From Mobula birostris (Eukaryota): DNA of 64,000 bases. This document shows positions 26,090 through 38,248 of this stretch, piece after piece. The stretch is taken from contig NC_092383.1 of assembly GCF_030028105.1 (NCBI RefSeq), forward strand, positions 87,129,921-87,193,920, given 5' to 3'. The translations under genes and the position numbers were made by a program. Below the pieces are notes generated by a model that was given only the letters and a program-made list of their open reading frames with translations, searched no databases and was not told the origin of the DNA. The first letter of the stretch is position 1; each line of letters opens with the position of its first letter.

Positions 26090-26980
26090 GTTACTATTGG
26101 AATATCCCTGAGCTCTTGGGCATTTGTTCCTTTCGGCAGACCTTCAGGAGTAAAACATGTAGTCCAGGAGTGCTGGTCCCCTTTTTTGAAGGTCTCGACT
26201 GGGATCCCATCAAGACGAATGGCTTCATTGTTTTCCAGGCTTCTGATGGCATCATGCACCTCTTTCATACTGGAAGGTTCCCCCATGTCTGCTTTCACAG
26301 GTCTCTGGAGCATTTGCTTAGTAATTTCTGGTTCAGCAATACAGTCACGGTTCAGCAGTTCTCTCTCCATTGGTCATTGATATCCTTCCATTATTTAGCA
26401 ATTTCTATCCATCCTTCGAGTGCAGGGGTTTTAATCTGAAGTAACTTAGTCTATAGACTGCTTTGGTGGCAATGAAGACGCCCCTCATGTCACTAGAGTC
26501 TGACAGCCTCGGGATTTCCAGGGCTTTCTCAGTTCACCAAGAATTCTTTCACTGCCTCACCTTCTGCTGGGCGTTTGCTTTGGCTCTGGAGTAAGATTCT
26601 CCTTTTGTCTTGCTGCCGATGTCATTCTGCTTGGAACCAAAGGCTTTCCTTTTCTTGGAGATAAGTTGCTCTATCTCCATGTTGTTATCAACAACCGAAT
26701 CCCGATGTTTTCTGGACTTTTCCCAAGGATATTTTTGCAGGTATTGAGGATGCTGGATTTAGTCTTGGCCTGATCTACTTCTTATGAACCCTAGTCTTTT
26801 TCATGAGTCTGAAGGACATCAGAATTTTTCCTGAGTCTGATGATGACCATGGTAGGAAAAACAGTTGAGCTCAGAACATTGGTCAATACCTGGAATAATG
26901 TTTTTGCAGCCATTATTGAGACTGGGGTAGGACTGTCAACTCAATATTCTGGAGTTCCATTGTTTTAGACCCTTCAGATC
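26090..26980 (-). mobile_element. RTE-clade LINE fragment, copy A
   Basis: ELLNRD..EPEIT.QMLQRPV..MGEP.SMKEVHDAIRSL.NNEA..LDGIP.E.FKKG resembles the RTE/BovB pre-RT segment. Confidence 0.7.
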
Positions 26981-27564
26981 AGGAGGGATTAAAGGAGAAG
27001 GTGTGGCATCACATGTCAAGGAAAATGTCACAGCAGTCCTAACAAAGACCAAATGAGAGATGATGCGGTATTTGATCTGCTGTTAGGGAATGATTCAGGG
27101 CAGTGGATAACAATAGATGTAGGGGAATACTTTGCACCTAGTGATGACAATGCCATTAGTTTCAAAGTAAATATACAAAGAAATAGGTCTGGTATGCAGA
27201 TTGAGTTTCTGAATCCGAGAAAGGCCATTTTTGTTGGTATCATAATCATCTGGCAAGTGTGGATTGGGGCAGAGTGTATTCTGGGAAAGGTGACTTGGTA
27301 AGTGGAGGCCTTCAAAAGTGAAATTCTGAGAGTACAAAGATTGCATGTGAATGTCAGATTAAAAGGTATAGATAACAGGCATGGAGAACCTTGGATTTCA
27401 AGAGATATTGAAGCTGTGGTTAAGAAAAACAGGCTGTGCTTAGCAGGTAGAGGCAGGTAGGAAAGATAAGAAATGAAAGCAAGTACTTAAGAAAGAAATC
27501 AGAAGGGCTAAATAAAGGCACAACTGACAAGATGAAGGAGAATCCTAAGGTATTCTGCAGATAT

Positions 27565-28448
27565 TGTTACATACCTCGAGATCTTGTGAATTTTTTTTTG
27601 TGAGAATGATATAATGGTCTTTTGGAGGTCACCTGATGTAATTTTCCTGCCGATGTGAGGTCACGTGATGACATGTGCACCACGGATATATAAGGGAAGA
27701 CCTCAGATGACGCAGTTAGTTTTTTAGTTTTTAGTTTTCCAGCTGGAACGTTAATGTGTCTCCGTTTCTGTTGCGTATTTGTTTTTATGACGCAGTTTCA
27801 TTTTTAAAATGGAGTATAACGTTCTGTTGCAAGGTACAATAGTGCTGGACTGGAAATTTTTGCTAGATGTGTTGATGTACCTTATTCCAGCAGTAGTACG
27901 GGAGAGTGAGGACTTTATCAAAGTACAGGACCCGAAGGATTGAGAAAAGTCGGTATCGTTTGGCAGTTTAACAAAGGATCGACCTTATTGAGTCTTCGTT
28001 GAAGGAGTAGCGACCTACAATCGAAGATAACTGTTGCCAAAAGAGCAAAGAGTTCATGCAATGTGCTCTCTAGAATTTAAGGTCAGTTGTTTTAAACTGT
28101 TTATTTCCTGCAACATGAATTGTTTGGACAGAACCAACAGGAAAGTCGCGTCTATGAAGAAATCCTTCTCCAGAGAAGTCTCTCCCAATTGAACGTGTAA
28201 ATCTGTTGGACTTTCGAATTTACCATTTTTAGAACTATATCTGACTTAACCGCTTTAAGAACTGTTTTCGCATTTAACGCTTTAAGAACCAGTGCCGAGT
28301 GACGATTTGTTGAACGGCTGCATAGCGGTTAACCTCCAGTTAAGGTTTATGTTTGTTTTTTTTAATTGTTTATCCATGTTTAATAAATGTTTGGTTGTTT
28401 TTATATAACCTGTCTTGATTGATATTCATTGCTGCCGGTTACGTAACA
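27565..28448 (+). mobile_element. Solo LTR (884 bp) with 4-bp TSD ATAT, inside a CR1 fragment, copy A
   Basis: TGTTACAT...ACGTAACA termini. ATAT at 27561-27564 and 28449-28452. TATA-like GATATATAAGG and AATAAA inside. Confidence 0.85.
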
Positions 28449-29234
28449 ATATGATAAGAACAAAATGATTGCAAGGGACAAAATCAGTTCTGTTGATGAT
28501 CAGAATGGTACACCCATGCATGGAGCCAGATGAAGTGGGGAGGTGTCACACCAGCAGGGTCAGAAACAGTTATTACCCTTCAAACATCAGGCTCGTAAAC
28601 CAGCGTAGATAACTTCACTCATTTCAACACAAAACCGATTCCACAACCAACAGGCTCACTTTCAAGGAATCGAAAAACTTATGTTCTCACTATTATTTTT
28701 TTACTATTTAATAATTTGTTTCTTTTATATTTGCACAATTTGTCTTCTTTGCAACATTGGTTGTTTGTACATTTTTGATTGTGTGGAGTTTTGCATTAAT
28801 TCTGTTTTATTTATTTGCATCTACTGTGAATGCCTGCAAGAAAATGGATCTCAGGGTAATATGTGGTGACACATATGTAACTTCATAAAAACTTTACTTT
28901 GAACTTTGAAGTGGATTACCTTAGAAGTCTATGTTAATTAACAGCCAGAAATATTACCAGATGAGACACCCAGCCAGTGAGAGCAGATCAGAGGCAGGAG
29001 ACACTGTGGTGGATAACTCCTGTTTGAACTGCTGTGCTGAAAGGCTTTTCATTCTCTGAAAGGTGGTGACAACATACACTCCATGCTCCTGAGTGAAGTT
29101 CCAACAACACAATATTCAGCATGCACCCGTCATGCAGTTTTATTTTAAGCATGTCGTACTAGACATTCAGCCATTCTTGTCTGGCACATGGTGTCAGGAT
29201 TAATCAGGTCACGTTATGAACGTTCCTGACTTGA

Positions 29235-29375
29235 CACTTGTATTTTTTACGAGGCCAAGTGGCCAGCTCGACACTCAACTCAGCACGGGTGGAAAGCGTG
29301 CTCAGGGGTGGCCCGGCCTGGATTCGAACTCGGGAACCTTCGCTTCGGAGTCCAGTGTGTTCCATTGACCATCAT
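29235..29375 (-). mobile_element. tRNA-derived SINE in the spacer between the duplication copies
   Basis: A-box-like TGGTCAATGG and B-box GAGTTCGAATCC, followed by a non-tRNA body ending CCTCGTAAAAAA. Confidence 0.7.
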
Positions 29376-31004
29376 AAAGAATCAAACCTTGCACCATTTA
29401 TCCATGCTGTTGACTTCAATCACATTTCTGCAGATACTGACACTGTTGGAGATGGATACATTGACCACTTCACTGGACTTCTCTCCCTTTTCCCCCAGGT
29501 GCTCACCCAATGAGAGATCTGTCACCTGACCCGGTTCGTTTCCTAATACTAGATCGAGTATGGCATTCCCCCTCATCGGCCTGTCAACATACTGGCCTTT
29601 GGTCTTACTTCTTCTCTCCCTCATCCACTGTATGAAGAAATTTATGCGATATCACATCATCATCTGACTACAAAGAATCTTCTAATATTTCTAACTTTCT
29701 TATCATGCAGTGATGACTCTTCCATTCCCAAATAGCTTACATCATGTAGCAGCTCCGAGGCTAATTGTACATTCACGGGTTACAGTTACTTGTCAAGTCT
29801 GAGAAAAGCAGCAATTTCCATTTGCAGATTCACACCCGATTTATGAATGCAAACTGCATCAAGCTGTAATCACTCATTTTGTTCAACACCCAAAGTTTAA
29901 TTCCATTGTTCATTCAACTTTAAGGTCTTTGAGTATTGTTTGCAAATATACTCAATTTCAATTAATTCTTATTTTATGTTCATTAAATTTTTGCATCATT
30001 CTCAGAAGAGAAAATTAACTTTATTATTAAAGAACATATTGTATATGTCACAATATAAGACCATAAGACAAAGGAACAGAATTAGGCCATCTGGCTCATT
30101 GGTCTCCTCCACCATTCAATCATGGCTGATCCTTTTTTTTAATCTCCTCCTCAACCCCAGTTCCCAGCCTTCTCCCCGTAACCTTTGATGCCATGTCCAA
30201 TCAAGAACCTATCAATCTCTTCCTTAAATACATCCAATGACCTGGCCTCCAAAGCTGTATGTGGCAACAAATTCCACAAGTATACCACCCTTTGGATAAA
30301 GAAATTTCTCCACATCTCTGTTTTGAAAGGGCGCTCCTCTATCCTGAGGCTGTGCCCTCTTGTCCTAGACTCTCCCACCATGGAAAACATCTTTTCCTCA
30401 TCTACTCTGGAGTGTTGTCTACAATTTCCCTTCCTTTGCCTCCCTCCCTTCTTAAAGTGTGGAGTGGCACTTCCAGAGTCTGGTTATTTTTCAAAGATAA
30501 CCACTAATGCTTGCACAATCTCTTCACTTACCTCTTTCAGAAACCTGGGTGTGGTCCATCTGATCCAGGTGACTTATCGACCACCTCGAGCACCTTCTCC
30601 TCAGTAAAAGTAACCACACTCACTTCTGCCCCCTGACATTGCCAAATTTCTGTCATTCCCACTGATATTTAGTATATTTTCCTTTTGTTTTTATGACAGT
30701 GTCAATGTCTCACAACTCAACACCTCTTCTAGCTTTTTCAAAGCTGAAGCAAGAAGTATGAATGAAATGCTCTCAATTTGTCTGGATGTGCAAGTCCAAC
30801 TATGTTTGGGATGCTGCACATCTTCCAGGAGGAAGTGACAGACTTAACTGTTCACTGCACTTTATTTCTACCCCATGGAGGCTGCAATTTGTGGCTTCTA
30901 CAAATGCAAAGAAATTCCTTACCCTCACTAGATGTATAAGAGCAGCAGTACACAGTAACAGCAATAAATATTGAAATGTATACCCCCTTGAAATTAGAAC
31001 TTAC

Positions 31005-31319
31005 TGTTGCCGTCGATTTCTGTCGTATAACTGCAGGTCTCTCCTTTGCTGAAGACTGTCAAATTAACCATTGCACTGGATCTCGCTCCATGCCAATTTA
31101 AGGCACTGCAGTAATATCGTTGGTGCTGGAGGTTGAAGGATTTACAACATAGAGCCAGTTCATTTGTATCTGAGATCTGTGTATGTCCAGATTGTTCATA
31201 CCATTTGTACTGAATGGGAAAGGATCCCTGGAGAGACTCACAGGAAAATAACACTAAGCCCCCAAGACGTGAAACATTTGCTGGTGATGGATATCGAACC
31301 ACAGGAGCAGACACGGGTT
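31005..31319 (-). CDS. Ig C2-type (FCRL-like) exon of the intact copy-B receptor gene
   Basis: 315 nt, phase 1/1, TTTTCCACAG acceptor, GTAAGT donor. EPVSAPVV..FSCESLQGSFPIQYKWY..RYYCSALN..VNLTV. Confidence 0.88.
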
Positions 31320-31732
31320 CTGTGGAAAAGAATTCAACAATCAGACACTGAATGAACAACTGCAAATCAAACTCTCTTCTGCCACTTTATTAGGTACACC
31401 TGTGCACCTACTTGTTAATGCAAATATCTAATTAATCTATTATCTGGCAGCAACACTGTCCATAAAAGCATGCAGACGTAATCAAAAGGTTCAGTTGTTG
31501 TTCAGGCCAAACATCAGAATGGGGAGGAAATGTGATCTTAGTGACTTTGACCATCGGATGATAGTTGGTGCCAGAAGGGGAGGTTTGAGTGTCTCAAAAA
31601 CTGTTAACTGTTGATGTCCTGAGATCTTCATGCACAACAGTCACTAGAGTTTACAGAGAATGGTGTAAAAAAACAAGAAATATCCAGTGATCAGCTATTA
31701 TGTGAGCAAAATGCCTTGTCAATGAGAGATGT

Positions 31733-33786
31733 GTGGACTGCAATGTTCTGACAAGAACTGTCCCTTGTTTTTAAAATAACAAGCCATGGGTGACAAAAGA
31801 CATTAAGGACATCCTGAACGCTAAAAAGAGGGCGTTTAGAGATGGAAGTAGGGAGGAGCTGAGGGCAATACAGAGTGACCTGAAAGCCAGGATCAGGGAG
31901 GCTAATGACAGGTACAGGAGGAAGCTTGAGTGGAAACTCCAGCAGAACAACATGAGAGAGATCTGGAGGGGGATGAGGACCATCACTGGGTTCCGGCAAA
32001 CTAGCAACAGAGGAGCAGAAGGCAGTGTGGACAGGGCCAATGAACTTAACCTGTTCTTTAACAGATTTGACAGTGTGGCCCCTGTCCATCCTGCACAGGA
32101 GACATCTGTTGTCGGCCCCCAACCAACACATATTCCACTCTCCCCTCCTACCCCTCCTCACAGTCCCCCACCCTGCTCTCATGACTATACCCCTTCCCCA
32201 CACGAAACCACCACGGTGGGCTTCACAGCTCTACAGGTGAGAAGACAGCTGAAACGTCTCAACCCAAGCAAGGCTGCAGGACCGGATGGTGTCAGTACCA
32301 GGGTGCTCAAACCCTGTGCCCCTCAGCTATGTGGAGTACATCGCCATGTATTCAACCTGAGCCTGAGGCTCTGGAGGGTTCCTGTATTGTGAAAGATGTC
32401 CTGCCTCGTCCCTGTGCCGAAGATGCCGTGCCCCAGCAGCCTCAATGACTACAGACCAGTGGCATTGACCTCCCACATCATGACCCTGGAGAGACTTGTT
32501 CTGGAGCTGCTCCGGCCTATGCTCAGGCCACACTTAGATCCCCTGCAGTTCGCCTACCAGCCTCGACTAGGAGTTGAGGATGCCATTGTCTTCCTGCTGA
32601 ACCGTGTCTACACCCACCTGGACAAGCCAGCGAGCACTGCGAGGGTCATGTTTTTTGACTTCTCCAGTGCGTTCAACACCATCCGCCCTGCTCTGCTGCG
32701 GGAGAAGCTGACAGTGATGTAGGTGGATGCTTCCCTGGTATCATGGATTCTTGATTACCTGACTGGCAGACCACAGTATGTGTGCTTGCAACACGGTGTG
32801 TCCGACAGAGTGATCAGCAGCACTGGGGCTCCACAGGGGACTGTCTTGTCTCCCTTTCTCTTCACCATTTACATCTCGGACTTCAACTACTGCACAGAGT
32901 CTTGTCATCTTCAGAAGTTTTCAGATGACTCTGCCATAGTTGGATGCATCAGCAAGGGAGATGAGGCTGAGTACAGGGCTACGGTAGGAAACTTTGTCAC
33001 ATGGTGTGAGCAGAATTATCTGCAGCTTAATGTGAAAAAGACTAAGGAGCTGGTGGTAGACCTGAGGAGAGCTAAGGTACCGGTGACCCCTGTTTCCATC
33101 CAGGGGGTCAGTCTGGACATGGTGGAGGATTACAAATACCTGGGAATACAAATTGACAATAAACTGGACTGGTCAAAGAACACTGAGGCTGTCTACAAGA
33201 AGGGTCAGAGCCGTCTCTATTTCCTGAGGAGACTGAGGTTTTTTAACATCTGCCGGACGATGCTGAGTTTATTCTACGAGTCTGTGGTGGCCAGTGCTAT
33301 CGTGTATGCCGTTGTGTGCTGGGGCAGCAGGCTGAGGGTGGCAGTCACCAACAGAATCAACAAACTCATTCGTAAGGCCAGTGATGTTGTGGGGATGGAA
33401 CTGGACTCTCTCACGGTGGTGTCTGAAAAGAGGATGCTGTCTAAGTTGCATGCCATCTTGGTCAATGTCTCTCATCCACTACATAATGTACTGGGTGGGC
33501 ACAGGAGTACATTCAGCCAGAGACTCATTCCACTGAGATGCAGCACTGAGCGTCATAGGAAGTCATTCCTGCCTGTGGCCATCAAACTTTACAACTCCTC
33601 CCCTGGAGGGTCAGACATCCTGAGCCAATAGGCTGGTCCTGGACTTATTTCATAATTTACTGGCATAACTTACATATTACTATTTAACTATTTATGGTTG
33701 CATTACTATTTATTATTTATGGAGCAACTGTAACGAAAACAATTTCCCCCCGGATTAATAAAGTATGACTATGACTATGACTATGT
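31733..33786 (+). mobile_element. 5'-truncated Rex1/Babar-type LINE (RT with in-frame stops), private to copy B
   Basis: KAAGPDG, DYRPVALTS, LQFAYQP..GVEDAI, FFDFSSAFNTI, GAPQGTVLSP, KFSDD. (ATGACT)n tail. ATGT duplicated at 31729-31732 and 33783-33786. Absent from copy A. Confidence 0.88.
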
Positions 33787-33787
33787 C

Positions 33788-34307
33788 TGTCAGTACTTCC
33801 AGTTGAACTTTGCCTCTTTATGTGTTTTGCCACCAGCTGTCAGTCTGTGGTTTTGTATTGCCATGTGCTCTTGTTTGTGTTCATGCCCATATTCTCCTGT
33901 CCCTGCTCCTGCTCTACTCCGGCCCCTGTATTACTGAGTACTCTGTCTTAGACCAGTTTCTCGTTATTACCTGTTTTGCTGCCACTTTTGTCTCATTGTG
34001 TTCCACCTATCATCTGCCTCTCTGTTTATTCTCAGTGTGTTTTAGCCCTCCATTTTTACCTGTTTGTTGCCAGATTCTGCCAGTGAATTTTCCTGAGCCT
34101 TTCCAGCATTTGTATCTGTACTCTGTCCGTCAGAATATCGACTCTGCCTGTTTCCCAGTTCTGGTTTTTGGATTTCTCTGGATGTGTTGATCTCTGCCTG
34201 AACTTTGACACCGACTTCGTTTGCACCTCAGGATTTGTTACTCAATTAATATCACTGTGTGCACAGTGCTGGGTCTGCGATTGGATCCCTGCTCCAGTGC
34301 CCTGACA
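33788..34307 (+). mobile_element. Solo LTR, copy B
   Basis: Paralog of 14051-14558; TGTCAG...CTGACA. Confidence 0.7.
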
Positions 34308-34882
34308 AGCTCAGAGGAGAATGGCCAGACTGGTTCAAACTGACAGAAATACAAATAACCACATTTTATGACAGTGGTGTGCAGAAGAGCATCTGGACAC
34401 ACAACACATCAAACCTTGAAAAGAATCTGCCATAACAGCAGAAGACCATACAGATAAACTCAGTGGCCACTTTGTTAGGCATAGGAGGTTCCTGATGAAG
34501 TGGCCATTGAGTGTTTAGAGACACAACTTGTGAGATATCCATCACATGTTTGGAAGCTTTCAGGAGAGAATGAAATTGTAACTGGGTTCAGTGACCTGCT
34601 GTATAGAGGGAAACTTTTGACACTGATATTAATGCAGAGATTTTGAGGGATGGACAGGGTCTGGACAAAGATCTTGTAATCTGTGCAGAGGCTGAACAGG
34701 AGGAGGAGGAGATTACTGTTCTTCAGACACATCCACGAGATGGGTATTTCTCCATTCAACAAGCTTCACCCTGGGATCAGCACATCGTCACTCCCCAGGA
34801 CATCTAATGCTCTGACCCTTCCCAGAGGAAACATGGATGACACATTTATTTTACTGAAGGCACAAATCACTGAGAAACCTAC

Positions 34883-35203
34883 CATCAGATACTTGTAAAT
34901 ATACATCAAACATCAGATCGGGACCTGGTGTTGTAATTACACAGCTGTACCATCCTGTATCTCCAGAGCGAAGATTCTCCATAGTAACAGTAAATATTCT
35001 CTGTTCTGGGTTATCTGTGATTGACACTCGTCCACTCCGTCCATGTTGCCCATTTGTTTCCACTAAAACTGAACATTGGCGAGTCCATCCATGGCACCAA
35101 TACTTTGTGTGTGAGCGGTACTTTGCTTCATAGTGACAATCGATTGTGATCGCTCTTCCCACAACTCCTCTTACAGGTTTCTCTGCCCACAATGCACCTG
35201 AAA
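34883..35203 (-). CDS. CD300/pIgR-like Ig V exon of the intact copy-B receptor gene
   Basis: 321 nt, phase 1/1, open frame: VSGALWAEKPVRGVVGRAITIDCHY..KYWCHGWTRQC..RVSITDNPEQRIFTVTMENLRSGDTGWYSC. The extra Cys pair after the C-strand Trp is typical of CD300/pIgR/TREM V domains. Confidence 0.92.
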
Positions 35204-36548
35204 CTGAAGGAGGCATTTTCAGATTTGAGAGGAAAGGAACAACTTAATATTTCCCATGAAACCACAGCCAATGGTTTTGGTGTGAAGTGCAGTCAGTGCT
35301 GTTACTGTGTCAGCTGTGTCAGTGCTCTCTCCCCTGTGTCAGTACATTGTGGGTTCACTTCCCACTCCAGAGTCCTGAGCAGAAACCCAGGGCTGATCTT
35401 CCAGTGCGGTACTGAGGGAGAGCCGCAATATTGAATTATAAATTACAACAGATCATGCTGGACCTCCAAGTGTCCACAAAGATCCCAGGTAATTTATTTG
35501 GGATAGATAGAGCTACTGTACATGGAGATTTGTGTGTGTATGTTTCTTGTGTTCCAGGGTTGAATCGGGGGTCAGTGGGATCATTTGAGATTATGTTTCA
35601 ATTCTCTCCATAATGACAATGTCCTGACTTCCTCCGCACTTACAGACAAGTTTATAAACTGCAGTAAGAAACTCCTCATGATGTCTGAAACTGAGCCCTC
35701 TGGCTCTGATGGAAATTTTATATTCTGTACCTGTCAGGTATTTCTCTGTGTAGTTAGAAGGTGCTGCAACAGTGGTCATTACCACTTTGGTGTCCAGAAA
35801 TCCAGGTGTGATTTCATTTCCTTTAGGGACTTATTTAGTGTTTATATCTAATTTCTGGAATTAAAAACCACATATCCATAATGACAATGATCAACTACCA
35901 GATTGTCAAAATCCCATCTGGATCAGAAAGGCCTTTAGGGACAGAAATCTCTCATCCCTCCCCACCCAGGTTATCTTTGACTCCACATCTAGAAATATTC
36001 TTTACTAAACGCCCCACTGAAATGGCCCAGGAAAGACACTGATAACAGGAGAATAACATCAATTTTCATAGTGATCCCAACAGAGTGAGATCAGATTCCA
36101 GTTGACATGATATTCCCGTTTAACAGCCTCTAGATTCCATCAGCTGGACATATTCTTCCCTCACCTGACTCCACACTATTCCCCTTTTCTTCTTGTCTGC
36201 TTCCACCTCTCACCAATCTCCAAAGTCTACCCCTTTTCCTTCCCTTTCCATTTGCCTGTCGTGCTTCACCCCTCCTAAGTCCCCGACGACCTAGTAGACC
36301 CAGTCTTACACCTCCCCTCTCATATTTCGACCATCTCCCTCTCCACTCACACTTGAGTGTCACAGACCAAATTGTAGGCGATTCCCTTCCCCTAACAGAA
36401 GCTGCTGAGTTCCCCCAGGAGTGCACTCTGAACTCCAATTTCTGATATCTTTAGTGTCTACAGATATTCAAGTACTGTTCCGCGAATGGTGTATGACCCC
36501 CCAAACCAACACTGCTTATGCAAACGTCCAGCACAATTTGTCACTTAC

Positions 36549-36585
36549 CAGGTAGGGAAACAATCAGGAGAATTGAAGCCCACAT
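36549..36585 (-). CDS. Leader exon B1 (MWASILLIVSLP, phase 1)
   Basis: 37-nt ATG exon with a GTAAGT donor; in frame with the V exon. Confidence 0.87.
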
Positions 36586-36647
36586 TGTTTTATTCACAGA
36601 GACGCAGCCAGGACCTGTCTGTCCTCAGAGAGAAGTAATTGTGAAAT

Positions 36648-36714
36648 AAAAATGAGGAAGAAGGCAGCAGGAAGTTGGATCAAAAAACCAAGGGTGACAC
36701 AGATGGTGTGTGGT
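36648..36714 (-). promoter_or_regulatory. Proximal promoter B1: invariant 20-mer, ETS core, RUNX motif
   Basis: AATGAGGAAGAAGGCAGCAG at 36651-36670, CAGGAAGT at about 36668, TGTGGT at 36709-36714. Confidence 0.55.
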
Positions 36715-38248
36715 ACATGACAATCTGGAAAGCATTTCGGTATATTTAGCAAGAGAGAAGTACTTATACAATTCTGAAAGACTGAACGAAATGGTGAGAA
36801 GAGTTGAAGTATTGGACACAAGCAACAGTAGATGTTCTAATCTGAACGCACGGTAAATGGCTGGAGGTGTCCTGAAACAGGGGATTCATCTGAAATATTG
36901 ACCACTCTACCTTCTCAGACCTCACATGACTCCCAAAGCTCCCCCAGAAGTTTTATTTTTTGCTTGACTTAAAATACTCACTGGAGTTTAGAAGAAAGAC
37001 GGAATCTCATAGAAACCTATTGAATATTGAAAGGCCTTGTGTGAGTGGATGTGGAGAGAATATTTCCTGCAGTAAGTGAGTCTACAAACAGATGACACAG
37101 CCTCAGAGTACATGAGGTTGATAGATTCTTGATTTGTAAAGGCGTTAAAGGTTACAGGGTAAGGCAGGAGAATGGGGTTGAGAAGGTCAAATTCTGCTCC
37201 AACGCCTTTGGGGCTTATGGGCTTCTAATACAGGCACCAATCTTGTGAATCTCTTCTGCAGCATGAATTCTTGAATGCTCATTGCTCATTCAATGCCAGA
37301 AGCCTTCCTTAACAACTACTTTACCATCTCCCTCTGTTCCAAATCTCGGGGAGTTATGGACTTGCACTCCAAGATTTGTACATCTTTCTGGACCTGCCCT
37401 GATGGTAATTCAATCAAACACAACACATGAGGAAGAAATGACATGAGTTCTGATGAAGCGCCTCAGCCTGAAAGGTTGATTGTTTACTCTTTTCTATAGA
37501 TTCTGCCTGGTCATCAGAGTTCCACCAGCTTTTTCCCTGTGTTGCCATAATTTTTGGGAACTTGCTACTGAGGAGGGAGCAAAGTGGGAAATAAGTGAGA
37601 TGTAGAAGGGGCTTTTCCTGCAAACTCTGATTACATACTTGGCTTCATTCTTTCTTCTCTTTGAGCCTTGAAAGCTCATCTCCTCTGAATTCTATTCCAT
37701 CTGTCAGTGCAATTTCAAGACCTCTGATGGGATTCCACTTTGCTTCAGTTAGATTTGAGAGGAAACCTTCAGAATGGATTTACACATTCACGATGGTGTG
37801 AAATCCACATCAGATCCATTCTTAAAGCAAATCAACTCCATTTGACAGTAAATGATCTGTGTGAGTAGACAACCCCTGTAGTTTCTATTTCCCACAGAAT
37901 AATAGAGCACAGTAAATGGCAGTTCACACTTGTCAAAGGAGAGAACATTTCTATCTTTCCTATCCCACTCCCATAGTCTCCCTGACACCTGAAACTGCAC
38001 ACCTTTGCTCACCTTCTCAGTGGCTAGCTTCCCAGCATCTTTGTTCACCTTGTTAGTTCTCTCAATGTTACTCTATCCAGATTCATACTGTGCGATTCCC
38101 TGGGGCAGCTGAAGTCTGAGTAGTGCTTCAGTATCGGGGATAACAATTCTCACCAGTCACACGTATTGGAGAAGTAATACAGAATCAGGATCAAAATCAG
38201 GTTTCATATCACTGGCATACTGTATGCTGCAAAATTAGCTGTAGATGT

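Larger units (their letters stand above)
11823..28540. repeat. Segmental duplication copy A
   Basis: Collinear with 29491-48806 throughout (exons, introns, shared TEs), roughly 91-96% identical in stretches compared by eye. Confidence 0.93.
31371..34514 (+). mobile_element. Tc1-like element, copy B, containing a Rex1/Babar LINE and a solo LTR
   Basis: Paralog of 13696-14764 with the same TIR-like ends. Confidence 0.8.

Noticed and set aside
29310-29375. tRNA-Arg(CCG)-like gene
   Set aside because: Acceptor and anticodon stems do not pair and it continues into a SINE body.
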